DNA of 46,874 bases from Methylococcales bacterium (GCA_009692395.1 SHZG01000001.1:1-46874); one strand, 5' to 3'; shown: positions 20,584-32,149, numbered from the stretch's first letter. Notes: generated by a model not told the origin, from the letters alone. A program made the numbers and translations.

Positions 20584-20652
20584 AATAAGTTCTCTTTGTT
20601 GTTAAACTAAAACAGTAATTTTCTAATGATTCACTGAATCAGTTGCTGAATA

Positions 20653-22410
20653 TTATAAGTCAGCGGGTTCAGGCTGTTCTGTAAACTGTACTGAGTGCAA
20701 TCGAGAGTACGCACCATTTTTCTCGATTAATTCCTGATGTGACCCTTGTTCGACAATTCGTCCTTGTTCCATGACTAAAATCATATCAGCATTTTCAATG
20801 GTCGATAAACGATGTGCTATGACTAAGGTAGTGCGTTGCCCCATAATTTTTTGTAAAGCAACTTGTATGTAGCGTTCTGATGCGGTATCCAGTGCGGAGG
20901 TAGCTTCATCAAGTATTAACAACGGCGCGTCTTTTAATAAAGCCCGCGCAATGGCTAAACGCTGGCGTTGTCCACCTGATAATTTTACCCCGTTTTCACC
21001 GATTTCCGTCTCTAAACCTAACTCCATATTATCGATAAATTCCATTGCATAGGCATCAACCGCAGCGGTGACAACGGCTTCACGATTTGAACCTGCCAAC
21101 GCGCCATAAGCAATATTATTAAAAACAGTGTCGTTAAATAAAGTGACTTGTTGATTTACCAACGCAATTTGTTTGCGTAAATTAGGCAGTTTATAGTGGC
21201 TAATGTCTATCCCATCAAGCAATATTTCACCTTCGGCGTGGTGATAAAACCGTGACACTAAACTGACTAACGTGCTTTTTCCACTGCCCGATGCACCAAC
21301 CAGCGCGATAGTTTGCCCTGCTTCGGCTTTAAAACTAATGTCTATTAACGCAGGTTCGTTGACACCCTCATATTGAAACGTTAAATGTTTAAATTCCAGT
21401 GTTCCAACACAGCGTTCAATTTCATAATCGCCTTCGTCCACTTCGCTTTTTTCATCTAAAATTTCAAATAATGATTCAGCGGCAACAATACCTTTTTGAA
21501 TATCGCTATTGGCATCACTCAGTTGGCGTATCGGTCTGGGCAATAAAAACGCCGCTGTTAAATAACCAATAAATGCACCTGTGGATGATTGTTCCATAAA
21601 AAACAACGCCATGTACATTAATCCCGATAACGCAATGGCAATAATAATTTGCAATACGGGCGTGTGAATAGAAATAGTGGTGGATAACTTTAGAGATTGT
21701 TGACGATTAAATAAACTACTGTCTAAAAAACGTTTTTTCTCATAGTCTTCGCCGCCGTAGCTACGCACCACGCGATAACTGCTCACTAATTCTGAGGTGA
21801 TGTGTGTTATATCACCGATAGATTCTTGAATTTTTTTACTGATAATGCGTAATCGCTTACTCACATACACCACTATCACGGCAATAATCGGCGCGATACC
21901 AATAAAGACCAGCGACAACTGCCAGTTACTGTAAAACAAGTACGCCAACAAACCCAACGCCGTTAAACCTTCACGAACAAAAGTACGAATAGCATCGGTG
22001 GCCGCATTAGTGACCTGCCCAACATTATTAGTAATACGCGAAATCATGTGACCGCTGTTATTGGCATCAAAATAGACGGTAGGTAATTCAGTATATTTAT
22101 CAAAAATCTCACAACGTAAGCTATGCACGACATTACAAGACACTCTAGCCAAGAAATAGTTGCCTAAAAATGCCCCAATGCTACGCACCACAATCAAACC
22201 ACTAAACCACAAAGGCAATAGCATCATTTTTTCAGGCGAATGATTTTGCAAAGTGTTAATAATCATTTTAATCAACGCCGCAAATAACGGCTGTGTCGCT
22301 GAATAGATTAAAAAGCCAAATATACTGATGGCAAATAACGCTTTGTGCGGGGCTAAGTAAGTCAATAATCGCTTGTAGATTTTTGCGTTGCCGCTGAGTT
22401 CTTTTTTCAT
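20653..22410 (-). CDS. msbA: Lipid A export ABC transporter MsbA (fused permease/ATPase)
   Basis: 585 aa with six TM helices, Walker [10 protein letters not shown], signature LSGGQRQR and Walker [13 protein letters not shown]. Confidence 0.9.
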   Translation of the reverse strand: MKKELSGNAKIYKRLLTYLAPHKALFAISIFGFLIYSATQPLFAALIKMIINTLQNHSPEKMMLLPLWFSGLIVVRSIGAFLGNYFLARVSCNVVHSLRCEIFDKYTELPTVYFDANNSGHMISRITNNVGQVTNAATDAIRTFVREGLTALGLLAYLFYSNWQLSLVFIGIAPIIAVIVVYVSKRLRIISKKIQESIGDITHITSELVSSYRVVRSYGGEDYEKKRFLDSSLFNRQQSLKLSTTISIHTPVLQIIIAIALSGLMYMALFFMEQSSTGAFIGYLTAAFLLPRPIRQLSDANSDIQKGIVAAESLFEILDEKSEVDEGDYEIERCVGTLEFKHLTFQYEGVNEPALIDISFKAEAGQTIALVGASGSGKSTLVSLVSRFYHHAEGEILLDGIDISHYKLPNLRKQIALVNQQVTLFNDTVFNNIAYGALAGSNREAVVTAAVDAYAMEFIDNMELGLETEIGENGVKLSGGQRQRLAIARALLKDAPLLILDEATSALDTASERYIQVALQKIMGQRTTLVIAHRLSTIENADMILVMEQGRIVEQGSHQELIEKNGAYSRLHSVQFTEQPEPADL

Positions 22411-24290
22411 AAATTTTTCACCGTTTCATCACCACTGATATTCCTCACTTTCAACCGTTTTGGCTGTTTATCGACGTAAATTTTGCCATCCCAAAATATT
22501 TTACTTTTTACGCCATCTTTTACCATAAAACCCAATTTATCTATTTTAATTGCTGTCGAACTATGCCACGCACCGCTGTCATTTTCACAATCCAGCGCGA
22601 CCAATTCAATTAATTCCAGCCCATCATCACTAATAACTATAGGCGTTTTGGTACTGCTTTTTTGATTAAAGGTTTCAATTTTTTGCATTAAGCGGTCGCT
22701 GAACAATTCTAAAATTTCAACTTCAAAACCGCTGTCAATCGCGTTGCATTTCACGTTCACACTGTCTTCAATCACCACATCATGCAGTAAATCTTTTAAA
22801 TCCTGTAATTCGACTTCAATGTTAGTGTTGTTATTGTCGTGAATGAATTTTTTTAGTTCTTTTTCATCGTCAATATCAATGTAATACACAATCACTTTTT
22901 TCACATCTTCTAAATCAGGCAATTCTTGATTTAAAATCTGATTCATTTGCGGCATGTCTAATACCTTTTCTTGCGAATTCAACAAATTCGGCACACAAAC
23001 AGGCATCGTGCCTAACTTGCTATCGACAATGGAACCAAACCAAAACACAACAATGCCTTCTACGCCACGTTGCAAACTCGGAATCAACGTTGCCAATTTA
23101 TCCATCGTTTGTTGTGGATTACTAAATAAACTCACGCCGTCTTGAATTTCTAAAATCTGAAAACTCGCGCCCGCTTCTTTCAAACGGTCACGCACGGTTT
23201 GAATACTGTGAATGCCTACGTCGCAATGAATAAAACGCCGTACTAAATCATGCGCGACTTTTGCGGTCACGCCACTGCCACCAAAAAAATCCGCGACAAT
23301 CATGTTTTCGTTGCTGCTGGCTTTGATGATTCGAGAAAGTAATCCTTCAGATTTTTGAGTGGCATACTGCAAGTATTCAGTCGCGCCACTGATAATAGGT
23401 TTTGTAGCGTCATGATCCCAAACATCTCTCACATAAACTTCAGCAAAGTGACTATCAAATAAAATCGCTTTAAATTTATCGGGTAAAGCAACTTGTTTTT
23501 CAATGCAGTCTTTGATGGTTAAAATATCTTTGTCTGTTAATTTGCTCAAATTAGCATCGATTTTTTTTGTATCGATAAAAGGTTTTTCATATTTAACAAT
23601 TTCTTTTTCTGGCTTAAATACATAATCATCGTTTAACGAGTAATAGAACAGCGTGTCATGCTTTTTAGGGAAATTTCGTTTACTAATGCCTTGAATTCTA
23701 TAGCCATAAATAATTTCATTTCTAAAATTATCCTCACCAAAAACTTCATCCATTAAAATTTTCACATAATGCCCAATATGCCAATCCAAATGCACATAAA
23801 TACTGGCGGTGTCACTCATGACGCTTTTAATGGCGGTTCAATTTTCATACATCCAATTTAAATAATCTTCTTTTTGCCAAATGTCGCCGTACCTTTTTTC
23901 TTCAAAACTCCGTAATTCTTCGCTATCCATTGTTTGTTCAGCGGCGGCGATTTTTTCGGCAAGTTTTGAATTTTTGCGGATATAAATTTTTTTCGCATAA
24001 TCTGCGCCACTGGCAAAAGGCGGGTCGATATAAACCAAATCGACTTGAATGTTTTGGGTTTTCAAATACGCGCACGCAGATAAACATTCACCACGCAGCA
24101 CTAAATTTTCGGACGGTTCGCCGATGCTTTCTTGTGTTTCAACTTCGTAAAAAGGCATTCCACGTTGAATACGGTCAAACATTTGGTTGTTTTCGCGGTA
24201 ACGTAAAACTCGTTGTGGTCGCGTGATGTTATTTAAAATCGCCTGTCCTTCAACGGGATTTTTTGCGTGGGGAATGTATTTTATGGGCAT
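22407..24290 (-). pseudogene. Type III-like R-M methyltransferase (Mod, beta-class N6-adenine/N4-cytosine) interrupted by an in-frame TGA at 23838..23840
   Basis: The 150 aa ORF has motif IV DLVYIDPPFASGADY and ...EDYLNWMYEN-TGA. The same frame continues [43 protein letters not shown] and motif [15 protein letters not shown]. Its stop overlaps the msbA ATG (ATGA). Confidence 0.85.
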
Positions 24291-24394
24291 GATTAGTTAT
24301 TAAAAAATTGGTTAATTTTAGTGTTAAGTTTCGCGGTGTTGGTTTCAATGGTTTGGCTGTCTTCTAAATACAAGAAATCAAACCGCGCATAACC

Positions 24395-27175
24395 TTATTT
24401 TTCATTGTTCACGCGCAAAAATTCGTCTTTCATGAAAGTTTTTCGAGGCTTGAATTTCTCCGCATAAACGCCGCCTTTAGTTTCGATAATTAACACTTTA
24501 TGAATTTTGTTTGCATCATCGCGGCGAATCATCAAAAAATCGGGCGTGTAATGTCCGATGTTTTTCCAATACTTGCCGTTTTTGGTAAAACAATCGATGA
24601 CAAATTCTGTTAAACCACGTTCGCCGTTGTAATAAATTTCTAGCGCGTTGGCTTTATTTTGAAAATCTGTCAACGATAAGGTTTTTTTAAACAACTCAAA
24701 TTCAAAACCACTCGCGCCACTTGCACCAAAATCGTAGGGTAAATAATGAAACGTTTGGTATTTTTGCTTCACAATCGCGCTGACTTCAAAACCTGTTTGG
24801 AATGCTTAAAATGTTGGTACAAAATGCGCTAAACCTTGTACTTCCATTGATTGCTTCATTGCATCACAGCCGCGTTGTTTTTCGGCTAAATCAACTTCAA
24901 GCGGTTTGTTATTTGCGTCGCATTCTAAAATTTTCGCCGTATCAATTTTATTTGGATAAAGCCCCGTGCTGTCATTTACAGCCGTTAATTTTTCAACTAA
25001 CAATAATTGCACTGTTTGCGGGATGATTTCGGTTTCTGTTTGCAGTTCACGTTTGCAGGAAAAACTCAAACGGACTTGGCGTTCAATACGCGGTAAATCG
25101 TACAAATCATTGAAAAAATGTTGCCCGTTTTTCTGATAAGTTACAGATTCAAATAATTTGCAAATGTCAGAATGAAAAACGTTTAATTGTTCGAGGCTTA
25201 AGGTTTTGAAACTGCCGCGCACTGTGTCAAATAACCATTGTTTATACGAGGCGACTTGCTCGCCTTCTTCGTTGATAAAACGAGTTGATCCTTCACCGAT
25301 ACTGTCGATGGTGTCTGTTGTGGTGCTGGCAATTCTTTTGTAATTATCAATTTCAACAAGCAACATGCTTAATTTTTCATGGGTGTTGGCATCGTCTTCA
25401 ATGTCGGTTGCTTGATAAGTGACTTTGAGCTGGTGAAATTCAAGCGTAGGCACAGATAATTGTTCTAACCGTGAAACGCGCTCAATTTTAGCAGTCGTTT
25501 CGCTACCTTTTACTGCATTCAGGTCGTCGATGGTGATGTGCTGTTCTTGCTGTAATTGTTTATTGAGCGTGTCAGCATTGTCTTGATTCAGCCAAATTAA
25601 CGCGGTTTCATGTTCGTTACTATCCACTTGACGCAAACAACGGCAAGCGGTTTGCAGCACCATGTTTTGTGCGCTATCGCCTTTTTGCGACAAAATCACA
25701 CCTGTTAAACTTGGACAATCCCAACCTTCTTTACCAATTTGTACCAGTAAAATGTAACGGTGTTTTGAGTGCGGCAAATCCAGCGAACGAAAGGCTAACT
25801 CGTTTTCTTTGGCAATCGGATAGTTTTTGTTACCACCATGAAATTCTAAAATTTCGTCAGGATTAACCGCCAATTCACTGGTTAAAAATGGCAAAATGTT
25901 TTCATATAAATCATCAATGCTGGTGCAGTAAATAGCGAGTTTTGGAATCGTTCCATTTGCATAAATTTTGTGGCGATAAAGCGTGTCAAAGTCTTGAACG
26001 CCGTGTTTAATAATTTCAAGACGCGTTAAGTTTTTGCCCGTTTGAACTCTTGGTTTTTTCAAAAAAGTTTTAACTGCGTCAATCAACGGATAGTAATAAA
26101 CAGTGTTGCTGATGTCGGTGAGTTTTAAACTCACAGACGCGATCTTAATAGTGTCGGCTTTTTGCAAATACGGCGTGCCTGAAAAACCCAAAACGGTGGT
26201 GATGTTGTCGCCCGCGTGCCAATCGGTAACAACACGACGCAATTTAATATCATCGGTTGCTGCGTGGTGAACTTCGTCAATTAAAATCGAAAGGTTAGGA
26301 ATTTCACCAATAAGATGCCGCAGCTCGTTAGCGAAACGTGATTTTTCGTCGGCGGTTTTTTCGATAATGGTTTGTGTCGGATTGAGTTCTATTCTATCTA
26401 AAATCACTTTTTCCGCATTGACGACAAACACTTGACTAAACGGATTTGGCAAAACGTTATTGACCTTTTGTGCATTCGGATTATTCGCCTTATTACTTTT
26501 TTTCGCTGATTTTGATTCGTCTAATACGTCAAATTTGAGCAAATTTTTTAAATGGCTTGCTGTGGGTTCTGGCAAAACCCAAGACGGTTCAAACTGTTTA
26601 ATGGTTTTTACACTGGGTACGATGGACGATTTTAAACCCGATGGAATCAACACTAAAAAATTATGCGCGACATGTTTGTGGTCTGGTTCAAGTTCAGCAA
26701 AGTACAAATTTAAGTACATAAACGCTGCCATCAAATAGGTTTTACCCGCACCCATAGGCAAACTGAGCAAATAATCAGGATAACTGACGTTATAAAATAG
26801 CGATTTGATTATTGCGTCGTAATCTAAGGCACTGGGATTTTCTAGTATTAAATCCGTTAGTTTTTTCAATTTCTGCTGGGTAGCAAATTGATATAACGCC
26901 AGTGCGTTAGGATTTTTCTCTAAATAAGCCCGCGCCTGTTGATTGATGTTAAGTTTATTTAACTCTATGGCTTGATTAAAAAATCCTTCGGAAAAATTTT
27001 TCCACAGCGGTTTATTTTCACCTGCTATTTTTAAAAAAAGATAGGTTTCAATGGCTGCAATTTGGGGCGTGCGCAGTTTCCCAACGCTTTTAATGTAACT
27101 CATTAAACCTGTAATTGCGCAATCTGGAGAGTGTAGCCACTGGTTTTTTTTCGAGCTGATAATGTTATTTAGCAT
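24395..27175 (-). pseudogene. Type III-like restriction subunit (Res: SF2 helicase plus C-terminal PD-(D/E)xK nuclease) interrupted by an in-frame TAA at 24806..24808
   Basis: The 789 aa ORF has helicase motifs PMGAGKTY (I), ILIDEVHHA (II), GFSGTPY (III) and QTACRCLR (VI). After the TAA the same frame continues AFQTGFEVSAIVKQKYQ... with TPDFLM...IIETKG nuclease motifs (the 125 aa ORF). Confidence 0.85.
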
Positions 27176-27269
27176 TTTTAATTTTTATCGAGTGTCTTTT
27201 TATAATAGCGGGCGGCTGTAACGTAGAGCTTCACTATAAAATCTATGGGGCGTGTAAATTCATAGAAAT

Positions 27270-28085
27270 TTAAAGATACTGGGAAACGCCTTGTTTAGCG
27301 ACGATAAAATCGGTCTCTGCTTTGCGTTCCATTAAGCGGGCGTAATTGGTGTCGTGCTGACTGCGATCATTATGCGAATGCCAGCAATGCAATACAGGCG
27401 CGGCAAAGCGTCCTTCTTTACGGCGCACGCCTTTATGAATTAAACGAATGACTAAATCGGAATCTTCATAACCCCAGCCTTCAAATAGCTCATCAAAACC
27501 ATTGACTTGCAAAAAATCCTCGCGCCAGATAGCTAAATTACACGTCATGGCTTTTTGCCATTTTTGCGGTTGGATTTTTCTTAAAAATCCCAGTGGCAAC
27601 TGTAAAAACGGCAAGGTGCGGTTAATTTTGCCTTGTAACCGTAATTTAAGAAAATAACACGCAGGTTTTTTATGCAGTAACAGTGTTGGCGTCATGACTT
27701 CACGCGTAAAATCTTGGCTTAATAACACCCGATTACCTGCAACAAAATAACCAGCTTCAGCTAAACGTCGATGGGTGGCAATAAAATCAGGGCGGGTAAT
27801 GCAATCACCATCAAGAAACAATAAGTATTCACCTTGGCTTTTAGCAACTGCTTTGTTACGGATTGTACCTGCGCGAAAACCTTGGTCTTCATGATAAACA
27901 TAATGTATGGGAACAGGGCTAGCCCCGCCATACTGTTGTGTTAAAGCCAGATGTTCGGCATTAGAGCCATCATCAGCGATGATAATTTCAAAATGTGTGT
28001 TGGTTTGTGAGTATAAGCTGAGCAAGCATAATCGCAATGCCTCTGCCCAGTTGTAAGTGGTGACGATGACCGAGATTAACTTCAT
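27270..28085 (-). CDS. Family 2 glycosyltransferase (LPS/core-type)
   Basis: ISVIVTTYNWAEALRLCLLSL...IIIADDGS and the DGD motif (FLDGDC) are typical GT-A fold GT2 features. Confidence 0.85.
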   Translation of the reverse strand: MKLISVIVTTYNWAEALRLCLLSLYSQTNTHFEIIIADDGSNAEHLALTQQYGGASPVPIHYVYHEDQGFRAGTIRNKAVAKSQGEYLLFLDGDCITRPDFIATHRRLAEAGYFVAGNRVLLSQDFTREVMTPTLLLHKKPACYFLKLRLQGKINRTLPFLQLPLGFLRKIQPQKWQKAMTCNLAIWREDFLQVNGFDELFEGWGYEDSDLVIRLIHKGVRRKEGRFAAPVLHCWHSHNDRSQHDTNYARLMERKAETDFIVAKQGVSQYL

Positions 28086-28107
28086 TTTTGTCTATTGAAA
28101 CGTTATA

Positions 28108-28220
28108 GTTCCCACCGCTCCAGCGTGGGAATTCATCCAGCAACGCTCTAGCGTTGCGACTCTAAAACCCATGAAGACGCTGGAGCGTCTACGGCTGCAT
28201 TCCAACGCTGGAGCATTGGA
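28108..28220. repeat. Cluster of four tandem REP-like palindromic units
   Basis: TTCCCAC-(9)-GTGGGAA (28108..28130), GCAACGC-TCTA-GCGTTGC (28139..28156), AGACGCT-GG-AGCGTCT (28174..28189) and TTCCAA-(10)-TTGGAA (28199..28220). They share CGCTGGAGC/GCTCCAGCG cores and lie between two glycosyltransferase genes. Confidence 0.75.
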
Positions 28221-28236
28221 ACGATACCTGTTGATT

Positions 28237-28992
28237 TCATTTTAGATGCTGCAATGCCCACAATTTAACATATTTATAATACGCACCTTCGGCATTGGAG
28301 ATTGACAGCATCAAACCTTGTTGCCCATCGAGAAACGCGGCTTTTAAAAAATAGGTGCGAATAAACGTCCACAAGCCTTTCATAATGGCTTTCGGCAAGG
28401 AAGAGCGCGCACCTCTTTCATACAAGACAGTCGCGCCTAAGGTGGAATAATTATTCACCTTGTGCAGCACTTCTTCACAATCGACAAACGCATCATGTAA
28501 CAAGGGCGTACTTAATTGTCCAATCTTGCCTGTAACAACGACACGCTCATGCACAACATGAGGAGTAAACTGCCCACACTCACGGCGAAACAACCGTAAT
28601 ACATAATCAGGAAACCAACCACCGTGGCGCATTTGTCGTCCGCAATAATTCGACAAACGCGGAATTTCAAATCCGTTAAACTCGGTCGTTTGCAAAGCGT
28701 AGATAATTTCTGCTTTTAATTCAGGCGTGACGATTTCATCGGCATCAATGGATAATACCCAATCGCCCGTCGCTTTATCTAAGGCGCGTTGTTTTTGAAT
28801 GCCAAAGCCTTGCCAGTCAGTTTCATAAACGTTATTGGTAACAGCGCGACACAGATTTACTGTGTCATCGCTACTGCCTGAATCCAAGACAATAATTTCA
28901 TCCGCCCACGCAACAGACTGTAAACAGCCGCCAATATGGGCAGATTCATTTTTTGTGATGATAATAACGCTAAGGCTTAACGTTTTATCCAT
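28237..28992 (-). CDS. Family 2 glycosyltransferase (KdtX/WaaE-like LPS core glycosyltransferase)
   Basis: LSVIIITKNESAHIGGCLQSVAWADEIIVLDSGSSDDT and the SIDADE (DxD) motif. Confidence 0.85.
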   Translation of the reverse strand: MDKTLSLSVIIITKNESAHIGGCLQSVAWADEIIVLDSGSSDDTVNLCRAVTNNVYETDWQGFGIQKQRALDKATGDWVLSIDADEIVTPELKAEIIYALQTTEFNGFEIPRLSNYCGRQMRHGGWFPDYVLRLFRRECGQFTPHVVHERVVVTGKIGQLSTPLLHDAFVDCEEVLHKVNNYSTLGATVLYERGARSSLPKAIMKGLWTFIRTYFLKAAFLDGQQGLMLSISNAEGAYYKYVKLWALQHLK

Positions 28993-29315
28993 GATTTGAT
29001 AGCTAGTTTAACGCGGACTAATGCTTGCGTCAGCGCGTTACCTTCTAAGAGATAATGTTTATGCAAGGCTTGTTTCACTTCCCAACTACAGGTTAAACCA
29101 GCAGGAAATGTCACTAAATCGCCTTTACCAAACGTGACTGGCTCGCCATCTGTCGGCGTAATAACACATTCGCCTTCTAAAATATACGCCATTTCTTGCT
29201 CAGGGAACGTCCACGGAAAAACAGACACTTCTTTCTCCCACGTCTCCCATTTAGTCACACCTAAGGTATCTAAACGCGCTTGCGCTGGGTCTTTTTCAAC
29301 AATAATTTGTGTCAT
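28977..29315 (-). CDS. Small cupin-domain protein (cupin_3/DUF861-like)
   Basis: 112 aa. The WTFPEQEMAYILEGECVITP...GDLVTFPAGLTCSWEV beta-barrel pattern matches. Overlaps the downstream glycosyltransferase start by 16 nt. Confidence 0.75.
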   Translation of the reverse strand: MTQIIVEKDPAQARLDTLGVTKWETWEKEVSVFPWTFPEQEMAYILEGECVITPTDGEPVTFGKGDLVTFPAGLTCSWEVKQALHKHYLLEGNALTQALVRVKLAIKSWIKR

Positions 29316-29409
29316 GCTAATCTCTCTAAGAAATAATAAAACGCCATTTTATCCCATAGCGATTGAGATATTATAAAGTATATTTTTATTGTTGCCACAA
29401 TGAGCGGTT

Positions 29410-30231
29410 TTAATAGCGTGATGGTAAATTACTGACGGCTTGTAAATCCCACGCTTGCGGTTCAACAGAGGCTTCTAATTTATCTTCAATAACATCATTT
29501 AAGTCACTACAAAAATCCAAGCCTGTTTGCGCTTCGATAGTATCAATGTTGGTGACAAACTTCGATAAAGGCTCATGCCCTTGCACCGTTTGCGGCACTA
29601 AAAAAGCTAACACTTTAGACGGCTGATTGGGTTTCGCCTCAGTAATGTACATTTTATAAAACGCATCGGGGATTTCCACGCGCCACGAAGAGGATAACCG
29701 TTCAGTTGACCCCGTAAACACAGGCCCTGTAATCACCCAGACTTTATCGGCTAATTTGGTGAAATGTTTAACTTCCACTTCTTCTAAGCGTTGCCAGAAT
29801 TGTTGATTCAAACGCGGTTTTTGCGGGCTAATATTGGTCATTAAAAAACTGTCTTTCTGCCCCTCTTTACCATACAAATGACTCATTGCGTAGTTGGGCG
29901 CGTTATGTCCACGGTCATAACCGCTTTTGGTATAGCTATCATGAGTAATGCTATTAAAGGCGCGTGAATCTTTAGTGAAACGACTAGGACGCAGTAGCGA
30001 TGGCACACTTTCATCAACAGGACTCAAGGCGTATTCCACCCACAACGGATTACCGCGTATATCCGAATAACCGACAATAAAACCATTATTGCGCAAGGTG
30101 TGAAACCAAGTATTTACGCCCCAGCCAACGGCTTTGGGTTCACCTTGATAAAGTAGATTATCACTACAGCCGACAATTAACGCCAGCAACGATAACAAAG
30201 CACCACGGCGAAACTTTTTTTGTATAGTCAT
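29410..30231 (-). CDS. Secreted/lipoprotein non-specific DNA/RNA endonuclease (NucA/EndoG beta-beta-alpha-Me family)
   Basis: Lipobox LALIVGC at the N-terminus and the active-site motif YDRGHNAP with downstream N (SFLMTNISPQ). Confidence 0.85.
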   Translation of the reverse strand: MTIQKKFRRGALLSLLALIVGCSDNLLYQGEPKAVGWGVNTWFHTLRNNGFIVGYSDIRGNPLWVEYALSPVDESVPSLLRPSRFTKDSRAFNSITHDSYTKSGYDRGHNAPNYAMSHLYGKEGQKDSFLMTNISPQKPRLNQQFWQRLEEVEVKHFTKLADKVWVITGPVFTGSTERLSSSWRVEIPDAFYKMYITEAKPNQPSKVLAFLVPQTVQGHEPLSKFVTNIDTIEAQTGLDFCSDLNDVIEDKLEASVEPQAWDLQAVSNLPSRY

Positions 30232-30233
30232 AA

Positions 30234-31247
30234 TTAGTTTAGATTAATAATTTCGCGCAATACCGCTGTCGCATAACTGCCCGCTGGCAAAGTAAAACTA
30301 AGACTTAACGTCGTTTCATCCATAAACTGCCAGTCTAAATCAGCCACATTAATACGCAACGCACGGCGGTCTTGTTCTAATCCACTAGCGATTAAACCAT
30401 CCGCAAGTTCTTGATTATCTGCCAGCATTGCTTGCTCAATAGGCAATAATTCAGCGTTACCTTTGCCCCATAAAAGTCCTGTGGGATGAATTTCTTTTGC
30501 GGCTAGTCGCTGAATAATCCTGTCATCGACTGCATCGGCTTTAAAATAACTGTGTGAACCATCAAACACATAACTATCACCCGCCATCGCTTGATTCCAC
30601 GTTTTATTTAACACCCGCTGATGAAGAATGTGATTAAACAAATACGAACGCGCCGCTGATAAATAAATACTCCGCTGTTCGCGTCCCACTTTCGCGCCTT
30701 GAAATAAACCTAAGGCTTTACTGACATTATGCCCCGCATGACCAAACCGCTGTTCACCGTAATAATTAGCGATACCGCCCGCTTTTATGGCGTTAAGTTG
30801 CTGCTCTGTTTTGTCTTTATCGCCTTGCCAAACTCGAATAAGCAACTTAAAACTATTCCCCGATAACACCCCGCGTTTTAATTTTCGCGCATGACGCACC
30901 GTGTGCAGAATTTTAATCGACTCGGTTTCAAACTCAGTGAAATCAGGCGTAGGCTTCCCCGCTAACCAGACACTAAACCATTGACTCGTTACCGCGTGGC
31001 GGTCTTTAAGACCTGCATAACTGACATCACGCTGTCTAACGCTTGTAAATTTAGCCAATTGACGCGCCACATAATCGGTATTTTCGCCCGTTTTTTCAAT
31101 GAATAAAAAAACGTGTTCTCCCTCGCCCGATGGCTCAAACGCGAGATGTTCGACAACCATAAAATCATCGGCAACCGTGCGAATTTTACCTTGTCCAGAC
31201 GGTGATCCGTAAACAGTCGCCCACACAGGCAGTTCTATATGACTCAT
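30234..31247 (-). CDS. truD: tRNA pseudouridine(13) synthase TruD
   Basis: 337 aa with the [13 protein letters not shown] catalytic Asp motif and YGEQRFG. Sits directly downstream of ispF as in E. coli. Confidence 0.92.
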   Translation of the reverse strand: MSHIELPVWATVYGSPSGQGKIRTVADDFMVVEHLAFEPSGEGEHVFLFIEKTGENTDYVARQLAKFTSVRQRDVSYAGLKDRHAVTSQWFSVWLAGKPTPDFTEFETESIKILHTVRHARKLKRGVLSGNSFKLLIRVWQGDKDKTEQQLNAIKAGGIANYYGEQRFGHAGHNVSKALGLFQGAKVGREQRSIYLSAARSYLFNHILHQRVLNKTWNQAMAGDSYVFDGSHSYFKADAVDDRIIQRLAAKEIHPTGLLWGKGNAELLPIEQAMLADNQELADGLIASGLEQDRRALRINVADLDWQFMDETTLSLSFTLPAGSYATAVLREIINLN

Positions 31248-31717
31248 TGGGTAATCAACACGATGGCTTGAACCGCAATGCCTTCTTTACGTCCTTCAAA
31301 GCCCAATTGCTCAGTCGTGGTCGCTTTGACATTAATATAATCCAGCGGCACGTTTAAATCATCGGCAATGTTCCGACACATTGCCGCCGTGTGCGGTGAC
31401 ATTTTCGGAGCTTGCGCAATAATGGTTATATCGGCATTCACCAACTTATACCCTTTCTCCTGCACCACCTGATAAACATGGCGCAATAATACCCGACTAT
31501 CCGCGCCTTTAAACGCAGGGTCGGTATCAGGAAAATGCTTGCCAATATCACCCGACGCCGCCGCACCTAAAATAGCATCACTCAACGCGTGCAATACCAC
31601 ATCACCATCCGAATGCGCTTCTAGCCCTTTTTCATAAGGAATAGTCACGCCCCCTAACATAATAAATTCACCGTCACAAAAACGGTGAACATCATAGCCC
31701 TGCCCTACTCTAATCAT
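31244..31717 (-). CDS. ispF: 2-C-methyl-D-erythritol 2,4-cyclodiphosphate synthase
   Basis: [13 protein letters not shown]...[18 protein letters not shown] is the canonical IspF zinc and substrate motif set. Confidence 0.95.
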   Translation of the reverse strand: MIRVGQGYDVHRFCDGEFIMLGGVTIPYEKGLEAHSDGDVVLHALSDAILGAAASGDIGKHFPDTDPAFKGADSRVLLRHVYQVVQEKGYKLVNADITIIAQAPKMSPHTAAMCRNIADDLNVPLDYINVKATTTEQLGFEGRKEGIAVQAIVLITQ

Positions 31718-31844
31718 TGCTGTTCCCTACTGTTCAATTTATTGTCACGCATCTTTATAAACTAAATAAAACTGCCTGAATACTTTTGCTTTGGTTTTCT
31801 ATAAGTTGTTTGCAAAAAGTAGGCAGGTAGCAATCACTAAAACC

Positions 31845-31866
31845 CGCAAGATTTTTAAAATCTCGC
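31845..31866. repeat. Imperfect palindrome GCAAGATTTT-TA-AAAATCTCGC (family C, degenerate copy)
   Basis: Related to the perfect copy at 32100..32130 (same xCGCxAG-TTTTTAAAA-CTxGCGx architecture). One arm mismatch. Confidence 0.55.
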
Positions 31867-32099
31867 AAGTTTCTTGAGTCAGCCGAACTTATTTGTATGA
31901 ACTTATAAAAGCCCTATATTATATGGATTAATAACACGCTTCAATTGTCGGAAGCCGCTCAAGAAATTGCTCACAATCCTTATGCCGATGATTACTGAAG
32001 TGGGTGCAGAATAAAATACCACGACGATTATTTTAATGCCGTCTGAGTGTATGGCAATGGCGCAAGCAATTGCAGAAAAGTTGAACAAATAAAAAATGA

Positions 32100-32130
32100 G
32101 ACCTGCGAGGTTTTTAAAACCTCGCAGGTC
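32100..32130. repeat. Perfect palindrome GACCTGCGAGGTTT-TTA-AAACCTCGCAGGTC (family C)
   Basis: 14 bp arms, located in the ORF-poor region between ispF and the VWA pseudogene. Confidence 0.75.
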
Positions 32131-32149
32131 TTGATAAACCACGATATAA

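Noticed and set aside
24291-24394. Possible third small gene or control (C) protein between res and mod
   Set aside because: Only a 7-codon ORF is present, with no helix-turn-helix-sized reading frame. I treat the stretch as an intergenic spacer.
28108-28220. Cluster of short repeats between the glycosyltransferase genes as a possible CRISPR array
   Set aside because: The units are individually self-complementary and differ from one another. They lack regular repeat-spacer periodicity, and no cas genes are nearby. This fits REP/BIME-like elements.
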